The position numbers and the translations under genes are program-made. From NCBI RefSeq assembly GCF_001194135.2, contig NC_068985.1, positions 28,109,856 to 28,147,356 of the forward strand: a DNA stretch of 37,501 bases. The letters are read 5' to 3'. The notes beneath the pieces were generated by a model. That model had not been told where the DNA came from and ran no database searches. It saw only the letters and a list, made by a program, of their open reading frames with translations. The stretch comes from Octopus bimaculoides (Eukaryota). Shown one piece after another: positions 1 through 10,499 of this stretch (position 1 is the stretch's first letter; the number at the start of each line of letters is the position of its first letter).

Positions 1-99
1 AAAGGATGTTTGTGTGTGTGTGCGTGTAGATAGGTTTTTGTGTGTGTATGCGCGTGTGTGTATGTGTATTTGCGTATTGGAGTACGCGTTTGAATGTAG

Positions 100-140
<41 letters not shown>

Positions 141-508
141 AGATTTTGTGTGAGTGTGTGTCAGTGACTCAAAATATATTCGAGTGCACGTGTGTTTGTA
201 GATAGATATTTATGTGTGCGTTTATCTGTTAGAAAACGTGTTTGAAAGTAAATGTGTGTTAACAGATGTTTGTGTGTATGAATGCATGTGTGCGTACGAT
301 GGCATCAGAGTATGTGGTTGAGTGTAGTCAGATGTTTGTGTATGCATGTGTTATAATATATCTGAGTGCTGATGTGTGTGTGTGTGTGTGTGTGTGAGTG
401 GATGTGCAGAAAAACGTTCGAATGTGAGTGAGAGCTTGTGTGAATTGGAGTATGTTTAATTGCAGGTGTGCGTGTAGAAAGATACAGTGTATGTGTATNN
501 NNNNNNNN

Positions 509-566
<58 letters not shown>

Positions 567-600
567 CTCTTACATGCATGTATGCTTGTATGAAATACAC
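1..600. repeat. Degenerate (GT)n/(GTAT)n microsatellite-rich tract
   Basis: Pure GT runs at about 100-140 and 509-562 within degenerate GT/AT sequence; source of the spurious CV/HT-repeat ORFs. Confidence 0.95.
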
Positions 601-680
601 TCAATATACGTTTACAAATGGCAAGATATTGTATGTGAGAGAGTCCGTGTATTTTGGCGTATGTTATACTATGTATAGGG

Positions 681-965
681 GTATAGTACAAGACAGGGGG
701 TCCGTAAGGACAAGACAGGGGGTCCGTGGACAGCAAATACTTTTTATGGGCAATTTGATTTTATATATGTTTTTTAATCGAAATCTTTTAATTGACAATA
801 AACCTATTTGTTAAATACTGTAAAAAAAATAAATGTAAAAATATGTTATTTTAAGCAAATATTTATGTATAAATTTCATAAGCGTTTATAAGCGGGTCCC
901 TAAGGTAAAGCCTGAAATATAAAGGGGTCCGCAAGTCAAAAAGTTTGAAAACCCCTGGTATAGTA
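681..965 (+). mobile_element. Non-autonomous hAT (Charlie-like) MITE, 689-957, with 8-bp TSD
   Basis: Identical 8-mer GTATAGTA at 681-688 and 958-965 with TA at positions 4-5. Right end AAAAGTTTGAAAACCCCTG is the reverse complement of a CAGGGGTT.TCAAAC-type hAT TIR. The left TIR is degenerate after CA. Confidence 0.75.
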
Positions 966-1277
966 GATTTATGTTTATAAGTGTATGTGTGTGTTGGTGC
1001 GTGTCAGAGTATATGTTTGTGTGTAGGCGTGCAGTAGATAATGTTGACATTTAAACTAGGTCTGCACTTAGAATCTAAGGCAATTCAGCCATGACCATCG
1101 CATCTGGTTTTTCTAAATGCGAGTGATCCAGGACCATGTTATCCAATGTGGTAGTTTGGTGATTCGATACAGAGAAGGAGATCAGTCTGCTATTTCTAGC
1201 ATGTGGAATTACCACATGTTGGCTCCGTCGTTAAAGCCTGCCTTATATGTTTGCGATGTCAGCTGGCTTGTAAAGGC

Positions 1278-1284
<7 letters not shown>

Positions 1285-1362
<78 letters not shown>
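1285..1362. repeat. (TA)n microsatellite
   Basis: Pure TA run. Confidence 0.98.
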
Positions 1363-1365
<3 letters not shown>

Positions 1366-1559
1366 TGTGCGCGTATAGATGAGTGTTGTTGGTATGTGAT
1401 GGGGTTGTACAGGGTATATTGCAGTATAGCTGTATGTATGGTGGAGCCTATGGCTGCTATTGATGTGTATGTGACGATGTGTATTCATGTGTTTGCGTGA
1501 GTGTACATACATACGCAACATACATGCACCTTATACACACACACAAATGATATATATCA

Positions 1560-1816
1560 TTTTCTATCGGCATTAAAATATTGGTTTCAAATTTTGGCAA
1601 AAGGCCAGTAATTTTCGGGGGTGTGGGTAAGACGATTGCATCGGTCCTATTGTCATTTACTCTTTTACTTGTTTCAGTCATTTGACTGCGGCCATGCTGG
1701 AGCACCGCCTTTAGTCGAGCAAATCGACCCCAGGACTTATTCTTTGTAAGCATAGTACTTATTCTATCGGTCTCTTTTGCCGAACCGCTAAGTTACGGGG
1801 ACGTAAACATACCAGC
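1560..1816 (-). mobile_element. SINE fragments: family B tail (about 1560-1650) abutting the 3' half of family A (1657-1816, runs into gap)
   Basis: 1657-1816 is near-identical to 11385-11545 and to the reverse complement of 3510-3672. Confidence 0.85.
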
Positions 1817-2629
1817 NNNNNNNNNNNNNNNNNNNNNNNNNNNNNNNNNNNNNNNNNNNNNNNNNNNNNNNNNNNNNNNNNNNNNNNNNNNNNNNNNNNN
1901 NNNNNNNNNNNNNNNNNNNNNNNNNNNNNNNNNNNNNNNNNNNNNNNNNNNNNNNNNNNNNNNNNNNNNNNNNNNNNNNNNNNNNNNNNNNNNNNNNNNN
2001 NNNNNNNNNNNNNNNNNNNNNNNNNNNNNNNNNNNNNNNNNNNNNNNNNNNNNNNNNNNNNNNNNNNNNNNNNNNNNNNNNNNNNNNNNNNNNNNNNNNN
2101 NNNNNNNNNNNNNNNNNNNNNNNNNNNNNNNNNNNNNNNNNNNNNNNNNNNNNNNNNNNNNNNNNNNNNNNNNNNNNNNNNNNNNNNNNNNNNNNNNNNN
2201 NNNNNNNNNNNNNNNNNNNNNNNNNNNNNNNNNNNNNNNNNNNNNNNNNNNNNNNNNNNNNNNNNNNNNNNNNNNNNNNNNNNNNNNNNNNNNNNNNNNN
2301 NNNNNNNNNNNNNNNNNNNNNNNNNNNNNNNNNNNNNNNNNNNNNNNNNNNNNNNNNNNNNNNNNNNNNNNNNNNNNNNNNNNNNNNNNNNNNNNNNNNN
2401 NNNNNNNNNNNNNNNNNNNNNNNNNNNNNNNNNNNNNNNNNNNNNNNNNNNNNNNNNNNNNNNNNNNNNNNNNNNNNNNNNNNNNNNNNNNNNNNNNNNN
2501 NNNNNNNNNNNNNNNNNNNNNNNNNNNNNNNNNNNNNNNNNNNNNNNNNNNNNNNNNNNNNNNNNNNNNNNNNNNNNNNNNNNNNNNNNNNNNNNNNNNN
2601 NNNNNNNNNNNNNNNNNNNNNNNNNNNNN

Positions 2630-2850
2630 TCTGCCAGCTCGCCGCCTGAACAAGCATCAAAATATTCTTTTCTTCTCAAGGTACAAGTTTTTGCGGAGGG
2701 GGCCAGTCGATTAGATCGACCCCAATAAACACACAAACACTGGTACTTAATTTATCGATTCTGAAAGGATGAAAGGCAAAGTCGACCTCGGCAGAATTTG
2801 AGCTCAGAACGTATAGACAGATGAAATATTGCTAAGCATTTCGCCCGGCG
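2630..2850 (-). mobile_element. tRNA-derived SINE family B (Meta-domain-like) fragments
   Basis: CTGCCAGCTCGCCGCC head and GAAAGGATGAAAGGCAAAGTCGACCTCGGC core shared with 30810-31043 and 7108-7350. Confidence 0.85.
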
Positions 2851-3004
2851 ATCAGCATTACAATATTAAAATGTATATTTATTCATGTATTGATTTCTAT
2901 TTATTCTGTTGCTGTTCTAAACCCTTATGTATATATGTACATGTGTGCGTGTATGTGTGAGTGTGTTTGTTTGTGTGTGTGTGTCTCTAAAGAGGATATA
3001 TATA

Positions 3005-3270
3005 TAAAGGATAAAGACCCCATGAATGACCATGGGATTGCACCTAAAATGTTACCTTCCGAAGCACAAGTCGGGGCAAGGTTGTTCGTGGAAGACCAGT
3101 AGTCTCCCTTGCAGAACAGCCTCCCCTCTCCATGTCACCAATGTTAGCCAAGTGAAAGGGAAAGGCTGTTACACTTTGGCACCAGTGACGTCGCGACACA
3201 TTTTTACAGCTGAGTGAACTGAAGCAACATGAAATAGTCTTGTTCAAGAACATGACACATAGCCCGGTCC
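3005..3270 (-). mobile_element. SINE family C-like copy, head end interrupted by the adjacent family A SINE
   Basis: 3215-3260 is similar to the reverse complement of the 8790-8825 region (GAGCAAAACA.TTCATTTCACGTTGCT). Confidence 0.55.
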
Positions 3271-3271
3271 G

Positions 3272-3672
3272 GGCTGTGTGGTAAGTAGCTTGCTTACCAA
3301 CCACATGGTCCCGGGTTCAGTCCCACTGCGTGGCATCTTGGGCAAGTGTCTTCTACTATAGCCTCGGGCCGACCAAAGCCTTGTGAGTGGATTTGGTAGA
3401 CGGAAACTGAAAGAAGCCCGTCGTATATAGGTATATATATATATATATGTATGTGTGTATGTGTTTGTGTGTCTGTGTTTTTCCCCCCAACATCGCTTGA
3501 CAACTGATGCTGGTGTGTTTATGTCCCCGTAACTTAGCGGTTCGGCAAAAGAGACCGATAGAATACTAGGCTTCTAAAGAATAAATCCTGGGGTCGATTT
3601 GCTCGACTAAAGGCGGTGCTCCAGCATGGTCAGAGTCAAAAGACTGAAACAAGTAAAAAAGAGTAAAAGAGT
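3272..3672 (+). mobile_element. Full-length tRNA-derived SINE family A (CORE-like domain)
   Basis: Pol III A-box-like GGCTGTGTGGT and B-box-like GGTTCAGTCCC, then CTTGGGCAAGT (CORE-like), an internal TA/GT microsatellite and a GAGTAAAA-repeat tail. Matches the reverse complement of 11385-11801. Confidence 0.9.
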
Positions 3673-4011
3673 AATAATATAAAATACAGTTATGGTTAAG
3701 GGTGGAGAGAGTCCCATGCCTATATGCTGAAAATAGACGCTAAATCGTCAAACCACTTCAAACCATCACATTTATAACACACGTGTTGAAATCGAATGAG
3801 TAGGCTGACATAAATTCATAAAGTAATAATTATGCCCTTAATTACAATTGTATTATTTACTATTATAAATCTCTACATATGAATTTACCTTGATAGGTCT
3901 ATTTTATATGCTGGCTACTGATAAAATTGTCAACGATTTTATCAATAATATTAATACGCTAATATTTTTGTACATACCTGTTGTGTGCGTCACACTTCAA
4001 AGAAGTGACAA

Positions 4012-4038
4012 AGCGAGAGAGAGGAGGATAGAGAGGAA

Positions 4039-4120
<82 letters not shown>

Positions 4121-4190
4121 GTGAGAAAGAGAAATGGAGAGTGAGAGAAAGTGAGCGAGAAAGAGAGAGAGAGAGTGAAAGAGACAGTGA
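4012..4190. repeat. (GA)n microsatellite, degenerate at its edges
   Basis: Long GA run. Confidence 0.97.
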
Positions 4191-4677
4191 GTGGGGATAG
4201 CTTTCGTTTTGTGTTTTTAAGTGTTTCAGAGAGGAATTGAGAGAGAAAAAAGAGAGAATGAAAGAGACAGGGAGTGGTGACGGCATTTGTTTCGTGATTT
4301 TAAATGTTTATCACATTGCAAGAGAAGTAGATACATAGATACATATACACATTGTTAAATCAAAAGCGGGAGAGAAGAGAAACACAAAGGAAGTGAAAGA
4401 GAAAGAGAGAAAGTGAGAGAGACAGTAGATACATAAATCCAAAGAAAAGTTCATACATAGATACATACACACAGAATATACTGGATGTCAATTTCACTTT
4501 TCATTATCACACGACGATAAAATTAACTCACAAATGGCTGAGTACTCTACAGACATGCATAACATTAACGTAGTTCTCAAAGAGATTCAGCCTCACGCAA
4601 AATATGACAAGGCTGGCCCATTTGAATTACAGTTACAACTTGAGACATATATATATATGAATGCATTTGTGTGTGTA

Positions 4678-4762
<85 letters not shown>

Positions 4763-6049
4763 TTTAGGTTAATTATGGGTAGCTGTTGCCTACGATGCCT
4801 CCACAGACAGCACGTCCCTTGTGGATGTCTAGACATGTCAGAGGTTTTGATGTGTATATATGAGTGGGTAAATGTTTATGAGTAGATAGTGAGAGTAATA
4901 ATGGAGGGTAAAATCAGATATCGAGAGAGATATTGAGATGAATCTGAGAGCTGAGTACAGATAAAGAATGAAAACAGACAGAGAGTAAAAGATGAGAGGG
5001 GAAAGAGTGCCACATAAAGTATTGCAAATGTGTAACAATGGACCTAACACGATGAAGAATGCTTGAAATATTACCGAAATCACCATCGAAACATCTATCT
5101 GTTTTATAGACATTTTATAATTGTAAAATGGACGTCTTGTATGATATGTCCTTTTACAATAACACGATGCCTACAAAACAGATATGATGGTTATGTCTGT
5201 TATTTTCCGATTAGGACCAACCCGGGGAGAAAGAACAATAATTAATAACAAAACCGATTCGTTATATGCTAAAAATTAATAACTAAAATTGAAGTTACCA
5301 AATCCGAAGCGCAGCGGTTTTTCTGTAATCGCAAGCCAACTCTCGTCAGAAAGATATGATTCTCAACGTTCCTGCTGTATCGTTTTGCCCCGCACACCAT
5401 AAAAAGCTAACACGCTTGCTTCATATAGATGTCGTTTCTTTTATCTTGCTTCTTACTCTATTTTGATAGAATATTTAATCGAAACATAAGTCTATTTCTT
5501 CTCGTTTTCCTTTTATTCAGCGTGCTGTTCACTATGCACAACATTCATTCATTTCTTTTTTGTATATATATTCACATTTTGTTCTCTACTTGTCGAATTT
5601 TTGTCTACCTGTTGTAATCTCTAACGTTGTCCATCTTTCCGTCTATTATTCCCCACGTTTCATTTGTGCTATTTCCTTCTTACAATGAGCCCTTATTTGA
5701 AAACGGCAGTGAATGATACTAAGGATATTTAGCTGCTATTTCTTGCAAGCGAAGTGATCAGTTAGAGTGAGTATATCTTTCGCTTGTCACACAGGCAATG
5801 TTACAGTGTAGATATCCAAGTAATAGAAGTGTCATCCATACGATATCAAGCGTTGATTGTTTATTTTGTCATGCAATGGCAAAGTAAATAATATCTATTT
5901 ACTGCTTTCATATAGCATTACATTCTGGTGATCTGATCTCATCCTTGTCGTAAAGTATACAAACAGAAAGCGATCAACTATTCGATCGCATAAAAGAAAA
6001 CAAAATTCTTTCTCAAACTACGCTCGTAGAAACAGTGTGTCCAATAACA

Positions 6050-6145
6050 TATATGTGTGCGTGTGTGTGTGTGTGTGGGGGGGTAAGTGTGAGTGTCAGT
6101 GCGTGCGTGAGAGAGAGAGAGAGAGAGAGATATGTGTGTTTGTGT

Positions 6146-6183
<38 letters not shown>

Positions 6184-6880
6184 ATTTGTCTGAGGTGTAT
6201 GCATGTGAGGTGTTTGTGAATGCGAGGTGTGTTGAGGTGCGTGTGTGTGAGCGCGTGTGTGAGGTTTGTGCGTGAGAGAATGTGCGTGTGTGAGAGAGAA
6301 AGTGTGTGTGTGTATGAGAGAGAGAGAGATGTGTGTGTTTGTGTAAGGTGCGTGCGTGTGTGTGATCTTATGTATGAGAGGTGTGTGTGTCTGTGTGAGT
6401 GTGAGTGTGTGTGAGAGAGAGAGAGAGAGAGATGTGTGTGTTTGTGTAAGGTGTGTGTGTGTGTCAGGTGAGTGTTTGTCTGAAGTGTATGCGTGTGAGG
6501 TGTCTGTATGTGAGGTGTGTGTGTGTGTGAGAGAGTGTGCGTGTGTGTGTTTGTGTAAGGTGTGTGTGTGAGAGAGATGCGTGTGTTTGTGTAAGGTGAG
6601 TGTGTGTGTCAGGTGGGTGTTTGTCTGAGGTGTATGTGTGTATGTGAATGTGAGGTGTGTGTGTGTGAGATGTATGTGAGAGGTGTGTGTATGAGGGATA
6701 TGTATGTGAGGTGTGTGTAAGGTGTGTGAGGTGTGTGTATGAGGTGTGTGTATGAGGTGTGTGTGTGTATGAGATATGTGTATGTGTGTGAGGTGTGTGT
6801 GAGGGGGATGAGGTGTGTGCGAGTGAGGTGTATGTGTGTGGTGTGCGTATGTGTGTATGTGTGAGGTGTGTGTATCTGAG
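6050..6880. repeat. Complex GT/GA-derived satellite with recurring units
   Basis: Recurring GTGTGAGGTGT, and GAGAGAGAGATGTGTGTGTTTGTGTAAGG-like blocks near 6115, 6320, 6420 and 6570. Confidence 0.9.
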
Positions 6881-7107
6881 AGAGAAGACGGAAAATATTG
6901 GCCAGCCAAATCCTACAGAGAATCGAATCCCGTACCTCTCAAACTCCGCTATTATTTAGCGTTATAAACAAACGGTCAAAGGTCACTTAGCGCTCACCCA
7001 CAATTTGAAAGTACAGAGTTCGACTCGATTCTCTGAAGAGGCCTGATGACCTCATACACATATACCTCACACACGCACCTCACACACACACACCTTACAC
7101 ACACCCC

Positions 7108-7350
7108 AAGGCGGCGTGCCGGCAAGCTGGCAGAATCGTTAGCACGCCGGGCGAAATGCTTAGCGGTATTTCGTCTGTGGTTACGTTCTGAGTTCAAATT
7201 CCGCCGAGGTCGACTTTGCCTTTCATCCTTTCGCGGTCAATAAATTAAGGACCAGTTACGCACTGGGGTCGATGTAATCGACTTAATCCCTTTGTCTGTC
7301 CTTGTTTGTCCCCTCTATGTTTTACCCTTTGTGGGCAATAAAGAAATAAG
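7108..7350 (+). mobile_element. SINE family B, full-length, tail type 1
   Basis: AAGGCGGCG..GCTGGCAGAA head, B-box GAGTTCAAATTCC, GCCTTTCATCCTTTCG.GGTC.ATAAATTAAG central domain, tail ending GTGGGCAATAAAGAAATAAG. Confidence 0.9.
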
Positions 7351-7548
7351 AAACGTTAGCACGCCGGACGAAATACTTTGCGGTATTTCGTCTTTACGTT
7401 GTGAGTTCAAATTCCGCCGAGGTCGACTTTGCCTTTCATACTTTCGGGGTCGATAAATTAAGTACTAGTTGCGTTTTGGGGTCGATCCAATCGACTGCCC
7501 TCGCTCACCCAAAATTTCGAGCCTTGTGCCTAGAAGAGAAAAGAATGT
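7351..7548 (+). mobile_element. SINE family B, 5'-truncated, tail type 2
   Basis: Same head and core as the preceding copy, but ends AAAATTTCGAGCCTTGTGCCTAGAAGAGAAAAGAATG. Confidence 0.85.
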
Positions 7549-7696
7549 TATAGCAACTTCGGAGTATTCTTGACGCTTGAGATTAACTCCTCTTCTTATA
7601 TGAAAATGCTATCAATTAACATTCGGGAGATGGGACACACCTTCAAGTGGCTGCAATAAATATAATGTGGGAGACATTTATAGGGGTATATGCTGA

Positions 7697-7704
7697 ATAG
7701 ATAA

Positions 7705-7792
<88 letters not shown>
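7697..7792. repeat. (GATA)n microsatellite
   Basis: About 24 GATA/AATA units. Confidence 0.98.
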
Positions 7793-8660
7793 TGTCGTCG
7801 TTGTGGGGATTTCATGTCACAGTTGCTATTATTTGTAGTCGTTGTTGTTGAGAACATTCAGAGGGTGAACATTCTTTGCATTTTTTTCCCCTCATGTTTG
7901 TAATCACAGTCTGATTTTGTTTCTCCCACAGAGGTACAGAAAGCCATAAAGCGCATAAACAAAGTGCAGTTTTGTTTTTATTCTTCAAGCAATAAAAACA
8001 TAAAAATATTTGTCATTGCAGACAAGATGATGTCTAGTTTTTAATTGTTTCTTCAAGTTTTTCAACTCTACCGTTCCTTCTTCTGGGGTCCTAGCATAGG
8101 ATATCCGTCAAGAACTTGAGCCAATATAATCAACAATGACGATCCCTCACAAATTTGTGACCATGTGCATATATATATAAAAGAATGGTTTTGCGGAATG
8201 AAATGGAATGAAATGAAATGTAACTATGTTGGAATTGAACTAGTAACATAAAGAATTTATCTAAGTAGTAATTTGTCCGATCCACTATCGGTTTTGCCAA
8301 TACATTGCCGTTACAAAATAATAGGATGGCGGATTAGCAGAAATGGTAGAGCGACGAACAATATGCTTCCAAGTTTTTAAGTGTCTCTTCAGGTTTTGAG
8401 ATCGAAAACCACTTGGGTCGGTTGTACTTTTCATCTCTCCGGGTCAATATTATCTGGTAGAACCCGTCTAGTATGAGAACTAATATAACCGATTAGGAGC
8501 CAGCATCACCAATAAATAAATTAATTAATTAATAAAAAGAAGTTTATGCTTCTATTAAAAACAAATATTACAAAATAATCCCAATGTAAAAAGGAACAGA
8601 ACAGAGCATGAGTGTATTACTCATACAAAAGTAATACATAAATTCTCCCAAGATGATGAT

Positions 8661-8718
<58 letters not shown>

Positions 8719-8720
<2 letters not shown>

Positions 8721-8955
8721 GCGCATGGCTTAGTGGTTAGGGTGATGCGAGGTCGTGGGCTCGATTCCCAGACTGGGCATTGCGTTATGTTCTCGAGCAA
8801 AACATTTCATTTCACGTTGCTCTCCGATCATTTCGTCATCTGACATGTGGCACATGTTGTACCTTTACAGGCAATGTCGATTTGATGGAGGGAGTGAGTT
8901 TATGTGAACACAGACATTTGATCACCATAAGCACACCACCTGTGTGGTTGTTCGG
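8719..8955 (+). mobile_element. tRNA-derived SINE family C (V-domain-like)
   Basis: A-box TGGCTTAGTGG, B-box-like GGCTCGATTCCC, followed by GTTCTCGAGCAAAACA. Confidence 0.7.
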
Positions 8956-8960
8956 GAAGA

Positions 8961-10495
8961 AATTCTTTTCTTTATTAGCCACTAAGGGCTCAACATGGAG
9001 GGACGATATAGTACATACGAGTGAGGTTATACAGGAAAACGTGTACAAAAAATAGCAATAGTAATATATTAATAACAGTAATTCTCCAAAAAGGGGAGGT
9101 TTCTTGGGTTGTGCGTGGAAACCCCACAAGCCACGAAATGATCTGATCGCTAGGGCAACAAAGTGTACGTATTTGATTAGAAATTTTTGCTCAAGTCAGA
9201 CCCATTCATTCGAGCTATTCTTCCAACATTTACCTATAAACAATTTACTGTTTTGGCTGACGGGAAGGTGAGTGGTTTTCTTACTCCTCTGGCTGTCTGT
9301 GGGTGTTTCCACGTTCACATTTTTATAAAAAGTTTTACTTAAAATAAAGCAGTTGTTTACTGTCAACTTAATGTGACAGACCCATTAACGGAATCATACT
9401 GCAGCTATTTAGCCCTAGGAAGCTGGGCTAAATAGCAGCAGTATGAATGCCTAAATGAGTCTGTCACATTAAGTTGACAGTAAACAACTGCTTTATCGTA
9501 ACACTGCTGCTTACGTCTCTCTGTGAGATTTATAATTAGATCATTTCTAATTTTACTTACAGTTTTCTGAAATTTGCCCACTGCATTAGGATAATTTACT
9601 TTTATGTCAATGAACGTGTTATTTGAAATGCTGAGGGTCTGTATGTGTGGTGGTGCTTTGGGTGATGCACAAAGAAAATTGCTTGAGGTGATGTCGGTGC
9701 GTTCTTGTATGTATTTCATTAGTTGTGTATTGTTTTTGTGTTTATTGTAGTAAGGTTCATTGATTTTTGTGGTGGTTTCTGTTTTGTGTGCGGTGCTGGC
9801 AGTGGCATTGGTGGTGTTGGTAATGTGAGTGTTGTGGTTGGTGGAGGTGTGAATATATCTGTGTTATGGGAAGGTGCTTTGGTTGTGTCCGTTTTTCGTT
9901 TTTTATTTTTGTGGAACTTCTTCCCACTCTTCTCTGTCGGTTTTTTTGCTCATGTCCGAGTCAGACTCAGGAAGGGGTAACTCTGTTGAGTTAGTATCTG
10001 TTCGTGTTTCTTTCAGAGCTACCTTTAGAGTTTTTTGTTGTTTTTTTTTTTTTACTGCTGCTGTTGCTGTTGTTTCTGCCGTACTTTTTGTTGTAGTTTC
10101 TGCTGTGTTTTCCGCAGCCAGTCCGCTTGCTGTTGCTGTGTTTGGTATTCCTTCCATTGGTGATGGTAGTGTTGTTGCTACTCTTGTTAATGTTTCTGGT
10201 TTGTTTTTCGATGTTGTCTCTGTTGCTTTCTCTGCTGTTAGTTTTGTTGTTGTATCTTCCATAATTTGTGATGCTATTGTTGTTGTTTTGGGTGGAGGTG
10301 GTGTTAATTCTACTGTAGTTTGCCTCTGCTTCTGTTGGTGTTGCTGTGATTATGCTTTTGGTGGAATGGGAAGCTTCCCGTCTGATCTCAACGGGCAAAA
10401 GACTCTAAGGTGGTCCTTCTGTCTGCAGAGAAAGCACCTCGGTTTACGCCCCTGCATCAACACATGCAACTTTGCGCCTTCCAGTAAAAACGTGG
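8961..10495 (-). mobile_element. Decayed L1/Tx1-type element, copy B: ORF1 zinc knuckle and Thr/Pro-rich tail, last ORF2 codons, 3'UTR with AATAAA
   Basis: CFLCRQKDHLRVFC is a CCHC knuckle. The Thr-rich frame continues past a stop. VNVGRIARMNGSDLS at about 9235-9190 is homologous to the copy A terminus. AATAAA at 8976-8971. Confidence 0.75.
9344..9496. repeat. 153-bp near-perfect inverted repeat (72-bp arms, 9-nt loop)
   Basis: Arms 9344-9415 and 9425-9496 match at 66 of 72 positions by manual comparison; the outer 38 bp are perfect. Confidence 0.95.
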
Positions 10496-10499
10496 AAAT

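Noticed and set aside
14-1521. CV-, HT- and YI-repeat ORFs
   Set aside because: Translations of GT and TA microsatellites
1759-2736. Long ORFs spanning N runs (also near 12.2, 14.4, 22.6, 24.8, 26.7, 31.4 and 36.1 kb)
   Set aside because: Open only because gaps contain no stop codons
3272-3340. tRNA-like sequence
   Set aside because: It is the head of a dispersed SINE; no complete cloverleaf or terminator
4534-4767. ORF MAEYSTDMHNINVVLKEIQPHAKY...
   Set aside because: Runs into a GT microsatellite, has no recognisable domain or splice support, and looks like an old repeat fragment
6013-6909. 298-aa His/Thr-rich ORF
   Set aside because: Product of a GT-derived satellite
7932-7963. Possible exon EVQKAIKRINK
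   Set aside because: Good acceptor but weak donor (GTGCAG) and no partner exon; not supportable
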